The notes below the pieces were generated by a model. That model worked only from the letters and a program-made list of their open reading frames with translations, was not told where the DNA came from and did not search any database. A program made the translations under genes and the position numbers. 64,000 nucleotides of DNA from Narcine bancroftii (Eukaryota), in NCBI RefSeq assembly GCF_036971445.1, contig NC_091472.1:66836001-66900000 (forward strand). The letters run 5' to 3'. Shown in pieces: positions 12,789-25,935 of this stretch; the stretch's first letter is position 1, and each line of letters begins with the position of its first letter.

Positions 12789-13559
12789 AGAATTCCAGGA
12801 AATTTGTCATACAGGACCTACCTTTGCTGAATCCATGCTGTATTTGCCTGATGAATCCATTTAGCTCCAAATGCCTCGCTATTTCTTCTTTAATGATAGT
12901 TTCAAGCATTTTCCCAACTGCAGATGTTAAACAAACTGGCCTAGAGTTCCCTGTTTTTTTCCTAAATCCTTTTTTGAATAATGGTGTGACATTCACCATC
13001 TTCCAATCCACCAGGACCTGTCCAGAGTCCAGAGAATTTTAGTAATTATCACTAAACCCTTGACTATAACTTCTACCATTTCTTTCAGTACCCTGAGATG
13101 CATTCCATCAGGAGCAGGGGATTTATCTTTCTTTAGACCTTCAAGTTTTCTGAGTACAATCTCTTTAGTGATAGCCATTATGTCCAGATCCTCACCTCTT
13201 ATCACATCCATACCATCTGTCTTTGGCATGATAGACGTGCCCTCCAACGTGAATACCAACACAAAATATTCATTCAAAGCCTCAGCCATTTCCTTATTAT
13301 CCAATATCAATTCTCCCTTCTCATCTTCCAAGGGTCCAGCCTTCATTTGCGCCCCCCCCCCCACTTTTGTGCTTTATATAATTATAAAATCTTTTACTGT
13401 CCATTTTTTTATTTTGTGCTAATCTTTTCTCAGAGTCTACCTTCCCTTTCTTTACGGCTTGCTTTGTCGTTCTTTGTTGCTTCTTAAAATTTCCCAATCT
13501 TCTAGTTTCCCATTGCTGGAGACTTTCCTTGATCTCCTTATTTATACAAGGCTGTCTGT

Positions 13560-14585
13560 GTAGCCATGTTCTAATGTTGGGAGAGTGAGCACATAAAAAA
13601 ATGTGCCACGACACATACCAGATAGCGAGTCAGTGGTTGAATAGTGGACCGCACTGATTTTTCGGCAGTGGCGGACCAGGCAGGGGGTTAGTGACAATGG
13701 CATCGGAAGTGGGGGGGGGTGGGTGATGGGGTTTGGCAGTGGTGCTACGTCCACAATACATACCAAATAATTTTAAATTCATTATGCATTTTTATTTTGC
13801 ACTATCATGGTACCTAGCATTGCCCAGTAAATAAAACACTCGGGCTTGGCATTGTTCTCAGTTTCCTGCTGTCTGCTCCTTGTTTGTCTGGAGGCCTGTA
13901 CACTGAGACAGAACTGTTGTTCTGCTACCTGCTGCCTGCTCCTTGCATGTCTGAAATCATCAACAGTGAGGTGAGACTGATGCTCCTCTGCTATCTCTTG
14001 CTTTCTCCTTTGTCTAATTATGGGCTTGTGAAGAGCTTCTGCCAATGTTGCTTCACTTTTTTGGGCTCATATTGAACTGAGTTTGGCCATTTGTTTTTAT
14101 TCTGAATGTACATTGACTAATAGTACTTGAACTTTTGAACTTCATATGACCTTAAAGGTTAAATTCAACGTGATCATGACATTCAGCATCAAATGTTATC
14201 CCTACTGAACCTCCTTGGACATTTCTAGAGTGCTCCATATTGATTTGCATGGAGAGCAAACAAACACACAAACAGAGATATATGCACAAATATATTATAT
14301 TTAACACCAAACCACAAGGAACTTAAGTAAGATACAGTTTTAAAGGATTATATTAGTTTTATCGCATTTACACCTTTTAGCACTAACTTGCTATAATTTT
14401 GAAAGCCAAGGAGAAATAAGTACCTTCAGACTGCTCCCTCTTGTTCAAAAGTGGTGCCTTGATGAACTGTGTGCACACTGCTTGGTCTCCTGTGAGCACA
14501 CAGTTCAACAAGGTACCACTTTTAAAGAATGTGTTCAGGGTGAATGGTCCCCCTCTGCAACCCCCAAGCTGCACCACTGAGATGC
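13560..14585 (-). mobile_element. About 1 kb composite insertion in CR1 with a Helitron-like (STPR-type repeat) coding remnant and a 32-bp-stem palindrome
   Basis: CR1 resumes on both sides. The minus ORF has 21-23 aa R/Q/E-rich repeats (RQRRKQEIAEEHQSHL / ARSRQQVAEQQ / TRSRQQETE). Hairpin at 14447-14523. hAT-like GCTGCACCACTG at the right end. Confidence 0.45.
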
Positions 14586-16509
14586 CCCTACCCTTATTGA
14601 CCTTGCTTTTAACTGGAATATACTTTTGTTAAGCACCATGAAAAATCTCTTTAAAAGTTCTCCACTGTTCCTCAACTGTCCTTCCATAGAGCCTACATCA
14701 CATTATTCCATAGCCAACTCCTCTCTCTTCCCTCATAGTTTCCCTTGTTTAGGTATAATATATTTGTTTTAGACCAAACTATTATACCCTCCATTTGTAT
14801 GATAAACTCAATCATACTTTTTCATTTTTTTCCAAGAGGATCCCTAACTACAAGATTGCTAATTTTACCTGTCTCTCTGCACAGGACCTGATCCAAGATA
14901 ACATGTTCCCTTGTAGGTCCAGTAACATGCTATTCAAGAAAGCCATCCCATATGCATTCTTTGAAGTTCTGCCTCGGCCAACCTGATTCACCCATCTGTA
15001 TGCATGATCTTTTAAATATTTTATTTACATTTCCATACATATATTAATATCCAAATACAGAAATTAAAAATCATATATTCCAAATCAATATACCCCCCCT
15101 GAAATCCCACCAACTATATGCATGTTAAAGTACTGCATGATAACTGCTGCTCCATCCTTAAAAGTCTCTGTTATTTCTTGGTTTATTGCCTGCAATGTTA
15201 TTATTGGTTGACCTATAAACACTTCCCACCAGTGATTCTTTTTACCTTTTTTGTATTCCTAATGGACTCAACATTTTGCTCCTTAGATTTTACATCATCT
15301 CTCACTATTGCCCTGATCTCATCCTTAATAAATAGGAGTGCTACCCCACTTCCCTTACCTTCCTGCCTGTCCTTCCTTATTACCTGATATCCTTGGACAT
15401 TTAATTCCCAATCTTCTCTACCCTGTAACTATGTTTCTGTAATGGCCACTAAATCATACCCCTTGGGATTGATTTGTGCCACAAGTTCACTGACTTTTCA
15501 AATTCAGATAAAGTGTCCTTATGCCCATTGTGCTTTTAAAGTCTGGTAATCTTTGCCTCTTTTGTACTTGACTTTTTATCTCCTCTATTTTTAGTTATCT
15601 CTTTTTTAACGTTTAGTTTTACTTTTTGCCCACTCTTCATCCATTCCTCTCTGATCCATTGAACCAAATCCCCTACTATTTAGTTTAAAGCTCAGTCCAC
15701 AGTCCTAGATATATAATTTGTTAGGGTCCAGTGCCAATTTTCCATGAATTTGAACCTACTTCTTCCACACCAATTCTTGAGTCACGCATTTAACTCTTAA
15801 CTTCTGGACCCGGTGCCAATTTGCACGTGGCTCATGTAGTAATCCAGAGATAATCATCTTTTTGATTCAGCTTTTTAAATTGGTCTTTAGCTCCTCAAAT
15901 TCCCTTAGCAGAACCTTTTTTCCTGATTCTAACCTATGCCTTTGGTACCCTCATGGACCATGACAAATTGACTTTTTCCCCTCCCACTGCAAATTCCTCT
16001 GCAAGTCAGATAAGATATCCTGAACTCGGGCACCTGGCAGGCGACACAGCCTTCATGATGCTCTATCTTTGCAAAGGAGAACTTTGCCCATTCTCCTAAC
16101 TATAGCTATTTCCAATTACAACTACATTACTCTTTTCTCCACCCTCTTGAATGGCTTCCTCTCCAAACTTTCAATTTCCTTTTCCATTGAATGGCTTCCT
16201 GAACCACAGTACTATGGTCAGGTTGCTCATCTTTCAACACAAGGAGCAAGAATTTTATTTGAAAGAAGCCAGATTGATAAGAGAAATGCACATTAACCTG
16301 CATCTTTGTTCCAGGCTCAGTTGCAGCTGACTCACATGCAATGAGGACAACATTTCTGATCATTATTCAGGTGTAGCATCATGTATTTTTTTGCTGAGGT
16401 TTTTAATGCTTTAATCCTTTTCCTGATGTTTATTTCACCCAACTCTATCGCTTTGTCAAAAAAGCTGTGTGTGACTTCCAAGCCTGTCTCAGCATTTTGC
16501 ACACTAGTT

Positions 16510-17985
16510 TACAAGTTCAAATTCATTTATTTATACTCCAATTGTACAAATACAACCCAAAAAAACAATCCTCAGAGTAAAACACTGCAAATACACATAC
16601 AGACATAACACACATACAGAAGAACAATACATGTGCACAGTACTTTTATATAAAGATTAAAATAAATAAATATTATTCTTAACTAAATAGTAGAGTCATG
16701 GAGGGTTCTTATGAACAGCTCGTCAGTCATTTAGCAGTCTCACTGCCTGTGGAAAGAAAATGTTTCTCAGCCTGGTGGTTCTGGCTCTGATACTCCTCTA
16801 TCTCTTTCCTGATGAGAGTAGCTGGAAGATGCTGCATGTAGAGTGATAATGATTTTATGAGCCCTCTTTAGTCAACAATCCCAGTAACTCACATCAATGA
16901 GAGGATTGAGAGACTTCAGTGATCCTCTCTGTCAACCTAATGATCTTGCGAGTTGACCTTCGATCTGATGCTTGACAGTACCCATACCACACTGATGCAG
17001 CTGGCCAGGATGCTCTTGGTAGAGCTAATATAGAACATTGACATGATGGTGGCTGGTAATCTTGTCGGACTCAGTCTTCTCAAAAAATGCAGTCACTGTT
17101 GTGCCTTCCCAACAAGTGAAATGTTTTGTGTCCAGGATAGGTAACTTCTGAAGTGTAACTTGATTATCTCTACTCTCTCCACTACTAAGCTATTAATGTT
17201 TCGTGGAGATGGTCATCCCAGGTCCTCCTGAAGTCCACATTGAGACTCAGGTTGTTTTTCTCACACCATATGTCATTGTTATCGATAAGGCAAATTACTG
17301 TTGTGTCATCTACAAACCTGATGACTTTGTTGGAGCTGAATCTGGTATTGCAGTTGTGGGTCAGTAGTATGAACAAAACCAGGCTGAGCTCACAGCCCTG
17401 TGGTGCGCCAATGTTCACCGTGATCATGCTCAATGTTCTGCTGCTAAGCCAGATAGACTGTGGTGTTAGGAAGTCCAGAATCCAGTTTCAGAAAGAGGTG
17501 CTGAGTCTCAGCCAGGACAGCTTCTCCATCTGCACAGTCCCTCAGTACCCAACCAGGTATGTTGTTTGGTCCCGCTGCCTTGTGTGGATTCACCTTGAAT
17601 AGGATTCACTTCACCACAGCTGCAACTATGCACGGGGTCTGTACATCAGTGGGAGACAGAGTTTTGTTTGGCATCAGCAAGTTCTTTTCATTGAACCATG
17701 CTTAAAAGATGTTTAGTCTGTACAGAAGGGAGGCATTGTTGTGTTTGACTCATAAGGTTGTCTTATGGTCTGTTAGAGTTTTTATACCTTGTAACATGTG
17801 ACATATTGCTGGTCTCGCATAGCTGATTATGGATCTTCTGGGTGTACCCAAGCTTTGACTTCTGGGTTGCACAAGAGAGTTTAGCTTTGGGTGATGTTAG
17901 TGCCATTATGTCTCCTGTCCTGATAGCAGCATCACGAGCTCTGAGATGTGCTTGGATCAATTGTTAATACAGCCAGTCACTGAAC
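16510..17985 (-). mobile_element. Rex1/Babar-like LINE fragment
   Basis: ITVNIGAPQGCELSLVLFILLTHNC...IRFVDDTTV...WCEKNNLSLNV; LRARDAA upstream. Confidence 0.85.
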
Positions 17986-18883
17986 AGATTTCAGGTTCAG
18001 ATTTATTGACAGAGTACATACATGACATCACATACCATCCTGAGATTCCTTTTTCCAGTGGGCGAGGCAGAATTACCACTAATTGATGGTGCAAAAAAAA
18101 ACTGTACACAGCGTATACATGTAAATAAAGAAATAATTGTAAACAGATAATGAATGTAAATAAACTGACTGTGCAATTCAAAGAAAATTAAAAAAAATAA
18201 TAAAATGGACAAGTAAAAATCCTTAAATGAGTCCCTGATTGAGTATATTGTTAAGGAGTCTGATGGTGAAGGGGTAGCAGCTGTTCCTGAACCTGCTGGT
18301 GTAGTCTTGTGACACCTATAGCTCTTTCCTGATGGCAGCAGTGAGGTCAGAGCATGTGGTGAGTGGTGTGGATCCTTGATATTTGCTGCTGCTCACCGAC
18401 AGCAGTGTTTCCTGTAGATGTCCTCAATAGTGAGAAGGGTTCTCCCTGTGATATCCTGGGCTGTTTCCACTACCTTTTGCAGGGCTTTACGCTCAGGGGT
18501 ATTGGTGTCCCCAAATAAGGCCATAATGCAGCTGGTCAGCACACTATCCACCACACCTCTGTAGAAATTTGTCCGGGTTTCTGGTGTCATACTAAACCTC
18601 CTCAAACTCCTGAGGAAGTAGAGGTGCTGACATGCTTTCTTCACTATGACATAAGTGTGTTCATTCCAGAAAAGATAGTCTGAGATAGTGATGCCCAAGG
18701 ACCTAAATTTGCTCACCATCTCCACCTCTGATCTCCCAATGATTAATAGATTGTAAACTTCAGGCTTTCCTTTCCTGAAGTCAATAATTCTCCTTAGTTT
18801 TGGTGACATTGAGTGCAAGGTGCAAGGTTATTGTTGGAGCACCATTCAGCCAAGTTTTCATTCTCTATCCTTTATGCTGATTC

Positions 18884-21800
18884 ATAGAACATACAACAAT
18901 ACAGCACAGTACAGGCCCTTCAGCCCTCAATGTTGTGCTGGCCCATATATTCCATAGAAGCATAGAACAAAACAGAAAAAATGCCATTCTACCCTTCTGG
19001 TCTATGCCAGCCTATAAAACTAGCCAGTCCCACTGACCTGCTCTCATTCCATAATCCTCCAGACCTCTCCTATCCATGTATTTATCCAATTCATTTTTAA
19101 AACTCAAGATTGAATTTGCATTCACCGTATCAGATTTCAGCTCCTTTCACATTCCTATGACACTCTGAGTGAAAAACTTTCCCCTAATGTTCCCCTTATA
19201 CCTCTCCCCTTTCAGCTTAAAGCTATGACTTCTCATATTTATTTCCCCCAATCTAAGTGGAAACATCCTACTCACATCTACTCTGTCTATACCCCCCATA
19301 ATCTTATAAATTCTCCTTAAACTCTATCAAGTTTCCCCTCATCCTTCTTCCTTTCAAGGAGTATAGACCTGACCTGTTTAATCTTCCCAGGTAACTCAAC
19401 TCCTGAAGACCTGGCAACATCTTAGTAAATCTTCTCTGCCCACTTTCAATCTTATAGATATCTTTCCTGCTGCTAGGTGATCAGAACTGGACACAATATT
19501 CTAAGTGAGGTCTCACCAGTGACTTGAATAACTTCAACATAACATCTCAACTTCTATACTCAATACTTTGATTTAAAAAGGCTAAGATGCCAAAAGCTTT
19601 CTATACAACCCTCCCATTTGTGCGCCACATTCAGGGAACAATGTACATGTATTCCCAGATCTCTTCACTCCTCTGCACTCCTCAATGGCCTTCTATTTAC
19701 TGTGTACATCCTACCCTAATTCACTCTTCCAAAGTGCAATACTTCACACTTAACTGCAGTAAATTCCATCAGCTATTTACTGGCCCAATTTCGCAGCTGG
19801 TCAGATCGTTCTGCAAGCTTTGAAAATCTTCTTCACGGTCCACGACACCTCCTATCTTTGTGTCATCAGCAAACTTGCTGATCCAATTCATTACATTATC
19901 ATCTAGGTCATTTATATAGGTAACAAACAATAATGGTCCCAACACAGATCTATGAGGCATACCACTTGACACAGACCTCCAGTCTGAGAAGCAACCATCC
20001 ACCATCATTTTATGTTTTCTTCCATCAAGCCAATTTTGAATCCAGTTTGCAACCTCTCTATGTATACCTAGTGTCCAAACCTTCTGAACCAACCCCCCAT
20101 GTGGAACCTTGTCAAAGACCTTACTAAAGTCCATATAGACAACAGCCACAGCCTTTCATTCATCAGCCTTCATTAAAAAACTCTATAATATTTGTTAAAC
20201 ATGACCTACCATGCATAAATCTAGGTTGACTGCCCTTATTAAGCTGATGATGGTTCAAATATCTATATATCCTATCTTTCAGAAATCCTTCAAATAATTT
20301 ACATACTACTGATGTCGAGCTCACTGGCTTATTAAGCCTGGTTTACTCTTGGAGTCCTTCTTAAACAGCAACAACATGAGCCAACCTCCAATTCACCGGC
20401 ACCTCCCCCATGACTAAGGATGTTTTGAATTCAGCACTTGTCTCCCTCTAGGTGCGGGAAAATATCATATCTGATCCAAGGGATTTGTCTACCTTTATAC
20501 ACTGCAAGGCAGCAAGCTTCTCCTTAAACTCCATATGTTCCATGACACTTCTGTTTGTTTCCCTTCCATCCTTACTCACTGTGCCAGTTTCTGCATAAAA
20601 ACCTGATGCAAAATCTTGTTTAAGATCTCCCCCATTTCACAAAGCTCCACACATCGTTGACTGCTCTGATTTTCTAGGGGTCCTATTCTGTCCCTTACTA
20701 TCCTTTTACTTTTAATAGACTTGTAGAGACCCTTTTGATTTTCCTTCACATTATCTGCCAAAGCACCTTTGTGTCTCCTTTTTGATTTCCTAATTTCCTT
20801 CTTAAACATTTTCTATACTCTGCAAGTACCTCATTTCCTCCTTGTTGCCTATACTGTATATATAGCCCCCTCCTTTTCTTAATCAGCTCTCTAATATCCC
20901 TTGAACACCAAGGTTCCCCATTTCTGTTAATTTTCCCCTTATTCCTGATAGGAACATACAATTTCTGCACTCTTAGAATTTCATCCTTGAAGACCTCCCA
21001 CCTGCTGGATACATCCTTGCCAGGAAAAAACTTATTCTAAATGACTATCTCGAGATCCTTCCTCATTTCAACAAAATTGGCCTTTCTCTAATTCAGAGCC
21101 TCACTTCGAGGACCAGACCTATCCTTCGCTATACTTAATTTGAAACTCGTGTTATTATGGTCACTGGATCCAAAATGCTCACCTATACATACTTCTGCTG
21201 CCATCTGACTTGCCTGGTTCCCTCCAAGAAGATCTTCTCTTGTTGGTACCTCTACGTATTGATGGAGAAAACCTCTACGTATTGATGGAGAAAACTTTCC
21301 TGTACACATTTGACAAACTCTGACCCATCCAGTCCTTTTACCATATGAAAGTACCAGTCTATTTGTGGAAAATTAAAATTCCCTAATATCACATCTTTTT
21401 GTTTCTTACAACTCTGCTATCTCCTGACAGATTTGCTACTCCAATTCTCTCAGACTATTGGGCAGTCTGAAATACAGCCTTATTAGCGTGCTCATGCCTT
21501 TCCCGTTCCTCAACTCCACACATATGGCCTCTGTAGATGATCCTCAGGGCTGTCCTGTCTATACACAGCTGTGATATTTTCATTGACTAGCAATGCCACA
21601 CCTCCTCCTTTCCTACCTTGCCCTCTATCCCATATGTAGCAACGGAACCCTGGAACATTGACCTTCCAGTTCTGCCCCTCCTGCAATCAAATCTCACTAA
21701 TATCAATAATGTCATAATCTTATATGGAAATCCTGGCTCTAAACTCTTCTGCCTTACCATCAATACTCCTCGTATGTGGGACCATTTCATTCCTGAGCAA

Positions 21801-22648
21801 CCCTGTCTTAACATGCAGTCCCTGCCAAAAAAAATACTAAACCCTCCCTACCCCATAAACCTCTATTTTTCTTTCATCCATGTGTCTGACTAAGAGAGTC
21901 TTAAATGCCCCCAATATTTCAGCCTCCACCACCATTCCTGGCAAGGCATTCCAAACATTCACAACTCTCTCTGTGTAAAAAAAAACTACCCCTGATGTCA
22001 CCCCTAAACTTCCTTCCCTTAACTTTGTACATGTGTCCTCTGGTGTTTGCTGATCCTGCCCTGGGAAACAGGCACTGGCTGTCCATCCTATCCATGCCTC
22101 TCATAATCTTGTAGACCTCTATCAAGTCTCTCCTCTCATCCTTCTACACTCTAAAGTGAAAAGTCCCAACTCTGCTAACCTTACCTCACATGACTTGTTT
22201 CCCAATCCAGGCAACATCTCCTCTTCACCCTCTCCATAACTTCCACATACTTTCTATAATGAGGTGAGCAGAATTGAACACAACAATTTGTAAAGTTGTT
22301 ACATGACCTCTCTATTCCTGAATTCAATCCCTCTATTAATGAATCCCAGCATCCCATAGGCCTTTTTAACTATCCTATCAACCTGTGTGGTGACCTTGAG
22401 GGATGGATGGATTTGAACCCTAAGGTCCCTCTGTTCATCCACGCTCTTAAGTAACCGACCATTAACCCTGTTCTCAGCCTTTTGGTTAGACCTTACGAAA
22501 TGCATCACCTCACACTTATCTGAATAAAAATCCATCTGCCACTTTTCTGCCCATCTCTGCATTCTGTTTATATCCTCTTATAACTTTCGACAACCTTTGA
22601 AAACCTTCAGTTCCATCCACATCTCCTCCAACCTTGGTGTCATCCACA
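18884..22648 (-). mobile_element. CR1 LINE (pieces 18884-18953 and about 21820-22648), same subfamily as 3520-4572
   Basis: The 3' UTR is split at CCCATATATTCC|...AAAATACTAAACCCTCCCTACCCC. QRWAEKWQMDF and KKAYGMLGFINRG motifs. Confidence 0.85.
18954..21820 (-). mobile_element. CR1 LINE of about 2.9 kb (endonuclease to 3' UTR), decayed, nested in the preceding CR1
   Basis: VYMDFSKVFDKVPH, SVLGPLLFVTYINDL, KFADDTK and GEHFGSSDHN. Contains a 23-bp tandem duplication at 21248-21293. Confidence 0.92.
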
Positions 22649-25599
22649 TCACCTTTTTTTATACAGCCCACTACTGTGGTATCGTTGGCAAATTTGTTGA
22701 TGGTGTTATTGTTGTACTGAGCCATTTAGTCATCGGGGTGTAAAGTGAGTAGAGCAGGGCACTAAGGCCACAGCCCTGTGGTGTTTCAGTAACTGATGAA
22801 GGTTGTGGAGGAGCTGTTCTTGTCAATCCTCACTGAATGTGGTCTGGAGGTAAGGAAATCCATGATCCAATTACATGGTGGGATGCTGAGTCCAAGATCT
22901 TGGAGTTTGCTGATCAGTTTTGAAGGGATGATTGTGTTAAATGCCGAACTTTAATCGATAAAGAGCATCCTGATATATGTATCTTTGCTGTCTAGGTGTT
23001 CCACAGCTTTGTGTTGAGCCAGTGAGATGGCATTTGCTGCAGACCTGATGATACGATAGGCAAAATTGAATGCTGGAACATATCTATATCACTACTCATC
23101 CAGGAGCTGATATACTTCAACACCAGCCTTTCAAAAGACTTTATCACTGTTGATGCAGGTTACTACACTCTTCTTGATTGATGCCTGTTTGAAACAGATG
23201 AGTACTGCACCCTGCTGGAGTGAGATATTGAAGATATCCATTAATATATTGGTACATTGGTCAGCACAGATTTTTAATACTTGGCCAGGTACTCCATATG
23301 GGCTGGATACTTTTCACAAAATCACTCTCCTGAAGATACCATGCATGTCATCCTCAAATACAGACAGAATGGGATCATCAGGGGACATGGGGGTGCAGAG
23401 GGGTGATTCTTCGCTGTTACTGTCGTCAAACCAGGCATAGAAAGTATTGAGTTCCTCTGGGTGTGAAGACAGCTTTCTGCAGGTCATGCCTGCTCCTTCT
23501 ATATTGATGGAATCTCCGGACCTAAATGCCTGTGATCTGGCTCTCAGCAGGTTCTGGATTTCATTGTTCATTCAGGGCTTCTGGTTGGGGAAAACACTGA
23601 GCCTACTTCAAAGTCCTGTTTTAGCATGCGTTACCATTCAACTTGAGTTTCTTGGCAAGAATGTCCAACAACCAAGTTATGATAGGTCAGAAGGAAAGAA
23701 GATCTTTCTTGGGGGTATGGCTTTATGGTAAATAATATGTTAGGGCAAGATTTGTATAAAAATGCAATACAGTAAATAAAACAATTTAATCATGAAGCTG
23801 AACATTTAAACTGGCAAAAGGACATTTGGATCACATCTCACAATCTACTTTTTCACCCACAAAGCATGTTCAACATGTGGCATAGGTTTCAGGTAAACTA
23901 GTAGCTCCAAGGGAGACAGAAAGATTTTCTCTGGATGTTAATTTACTTCTAGTCAGTGCTAAACTAACAATGCATTATATTTTTTTCTAATTTTGAGCTA
24001 CCAAAGATTTGAGATATCCTGAAAATTTAACTGCTGTATTAACATTTGGTATCTAATAATTTATTATAAATTGAAATGATTTTGTTGATCTGTCTGTGAT
24101 TGTCAATGTGTGAGAAGAAGAATGACAATCGTATACTAAACTCACATTTCTTTGCTTTTTTTTGTTCTCCTTCACCACAGCCTTGTGTCTTTACTTAGGG
24201 ATTGCTGCAGTTTATGATTAATTTTTGCTTCCTTCTATTTCAGTGGGTTTTCCTGCTCATTATCATTCTGAGTTTATTAGAGATTGCTGTTCATGTTCTT
24301 ACCCTGTCATATGTTCCATAGGTACAGTAAATATCACTTATCTTGTAATTAATATGCACATCCTCTGCAGTAATTAAACCAAGGACCCTCAACCAGCTGA
24401 GCTTTCCTACTGATTCCAGCTTATCCCGATAATGGACTTATAGTAATCCAAAACTACCTTTTGAATATTGTTCATAAAACAAACAGAATGACTTTTAACA
24501 TCTCTATGATGACTGTAATAATATTTGTAGAATTTGTTAATAACCAAGAACATCATGAATTGAATTATGTGGATGTTAATTAAATGTTGAATCCATTTGA
24601 ACTTCCTTTCTAGAAATAAAACCATCCTATGATGTCTTGAAAGTCTGTCATGTGCTCTTTATAGTTCCTACACTTAATTTGCAGGAAAAATGAGTGAGAA
24701 AAATTAAATAGAATACACTCCTTCAATAATTTTAATCCTTTTGGGAACAGATGATTCTTAAAATACAGACTGTATTTTGTATGTTTCTAACCCACAATAG
24801 GATGGGGTGAAAAGTGGAATTCAGGTAGGCTGAGGTCCTGAATAAACTTTACTGAAAACCTTCCTGAATAACATTGCATTGTAAGCAAGGCAAGTCAACA
24901 TTACAGCACCTACTGTAGATAAGCATTGCAGGTTTTTCCGGACTAAACCTTTCTGCTAAATCATTGATAAATACAGAAACAAATAATCGCTAGATAGCAT
25001 TATTTGACCAACCATGTCAATATTGAGAGCACTGTCTAAATACTGTGGGGAGAAAAAAATTATGCTATCTGTCAAATGATATTTTAGATGGTTAGAAAAC
25101 TGTTTTTGCTAGCTTGTGGTATTCCTGATTTTTCGAAGCTGCAGAGTTTCCTTTGTGCCATTCAATAAAATAAACCAGTTTCTTTGGTTTCTTAAGGGAC
25201 AAGTAATCCTCCAAACTGCTTTACTTTATGAGCATTGAAAAGCACAGATAAAGGGAGAAGGCACAGTGCACTGCTTTTGCCACTAGTCTATGCTGTTGGA
25301 CCAAATATTATTCCATATTATTCAAACATTCACAAACAAACATGTCCAAAACACGGTAACAAAATGTGACCCAGTGTGCTACAGAATGAAATGCTGGTGG
25401 GGTGCAAATCTCCTGAACTTTCTACAAATTACAGTTCAGTGCTCAACTATTTGAGAATGTGCAGCACAGAGGAATGACACTTCTCCATTGTAAGGACAAT
25501 TAAAGGAAGAAGGAATAGTTCACTACTCAGGATGAAGGCATCATTGAAAAGAGTTCAAATGATCAAGCATTTGGCCTTCCTTCTCAGCTTTAAATCTAT

Positions 25600-25935
25600 T
25601 GTGAAACAATGGTGTACAACATTATTTGAGGTCGAGATAGAGTCAGTGGCAAGAGTTGTTGAAGATGAGAGGGCAGTAGTTTAAAGTGAGAAGTAAGAGA
25701 ATTAAAAGGGATCTTCAGAAGATTTTTTTTCATCCAAAGGATAGTTATAATTTGGAATGTGTTGCCTGAGTAAATGGTGAAGATATGTACACTCTCACAA
25801 CTTTTAGGAAGCATCTGGATAAGGCATACGGGCAATTGACCAAGTGCTGATAAATGGGATTAGAATAAACAGGTACTTCATGACAGCATAGATATGGTGA
25901 GCCAAAGGGCTGATTCTGTGTTGCACGACTCTGAG
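25600..25935 (+). mobile_element. Old CR1 3' end
   Basis: FKGDLxxxFFIQRIVxIWNVLP remnant and a CR1-type 3' UTR. Confidence 0.7.

Larger units (their letters stand above)
11335..16495 (-). mobile_element. Near full-length decayed CR1 LINE (ORF1 SGNH esterase, APE endonuclease, RT), interrupted at 12570-12788, about 13560-14585 and about 15010-15105
   Basis: RT motifs KSPAPDGMHLRVLKE, DWKMVNVTPLFKKG, QHGFSKGRSCMTNFLEF and RIRGDL. ORF1 esterase remnants (LPGAR at about 16025-16045, VMVHxGT at about 15940-15965). CR1 sequence is collinear across the insertions. Confidence 0.85.
17990..23610 (-). mobile_element. Rex1/Babar-like LINE (pieces 17990-18883 and about 22648-23610) interrupted by nested CR1s
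   Basis: IIDFRK...KKACQHLYFLRSLRRF...VESVLT-like region on the left piece; KFANDTTVVG and PWMNNEIQNLLRARSQAF on the right piece. Collinear across the insertion. Confidence 0.88.

Noticed and set aside
21248-21293. 23-bp direct repeat as CRISPR-like or regulatory
   Set aside because: Adjacent copies with no spacer inside a dead CR1; a simple slippage duplication. No CRISPR array or cas gene is present in the window.
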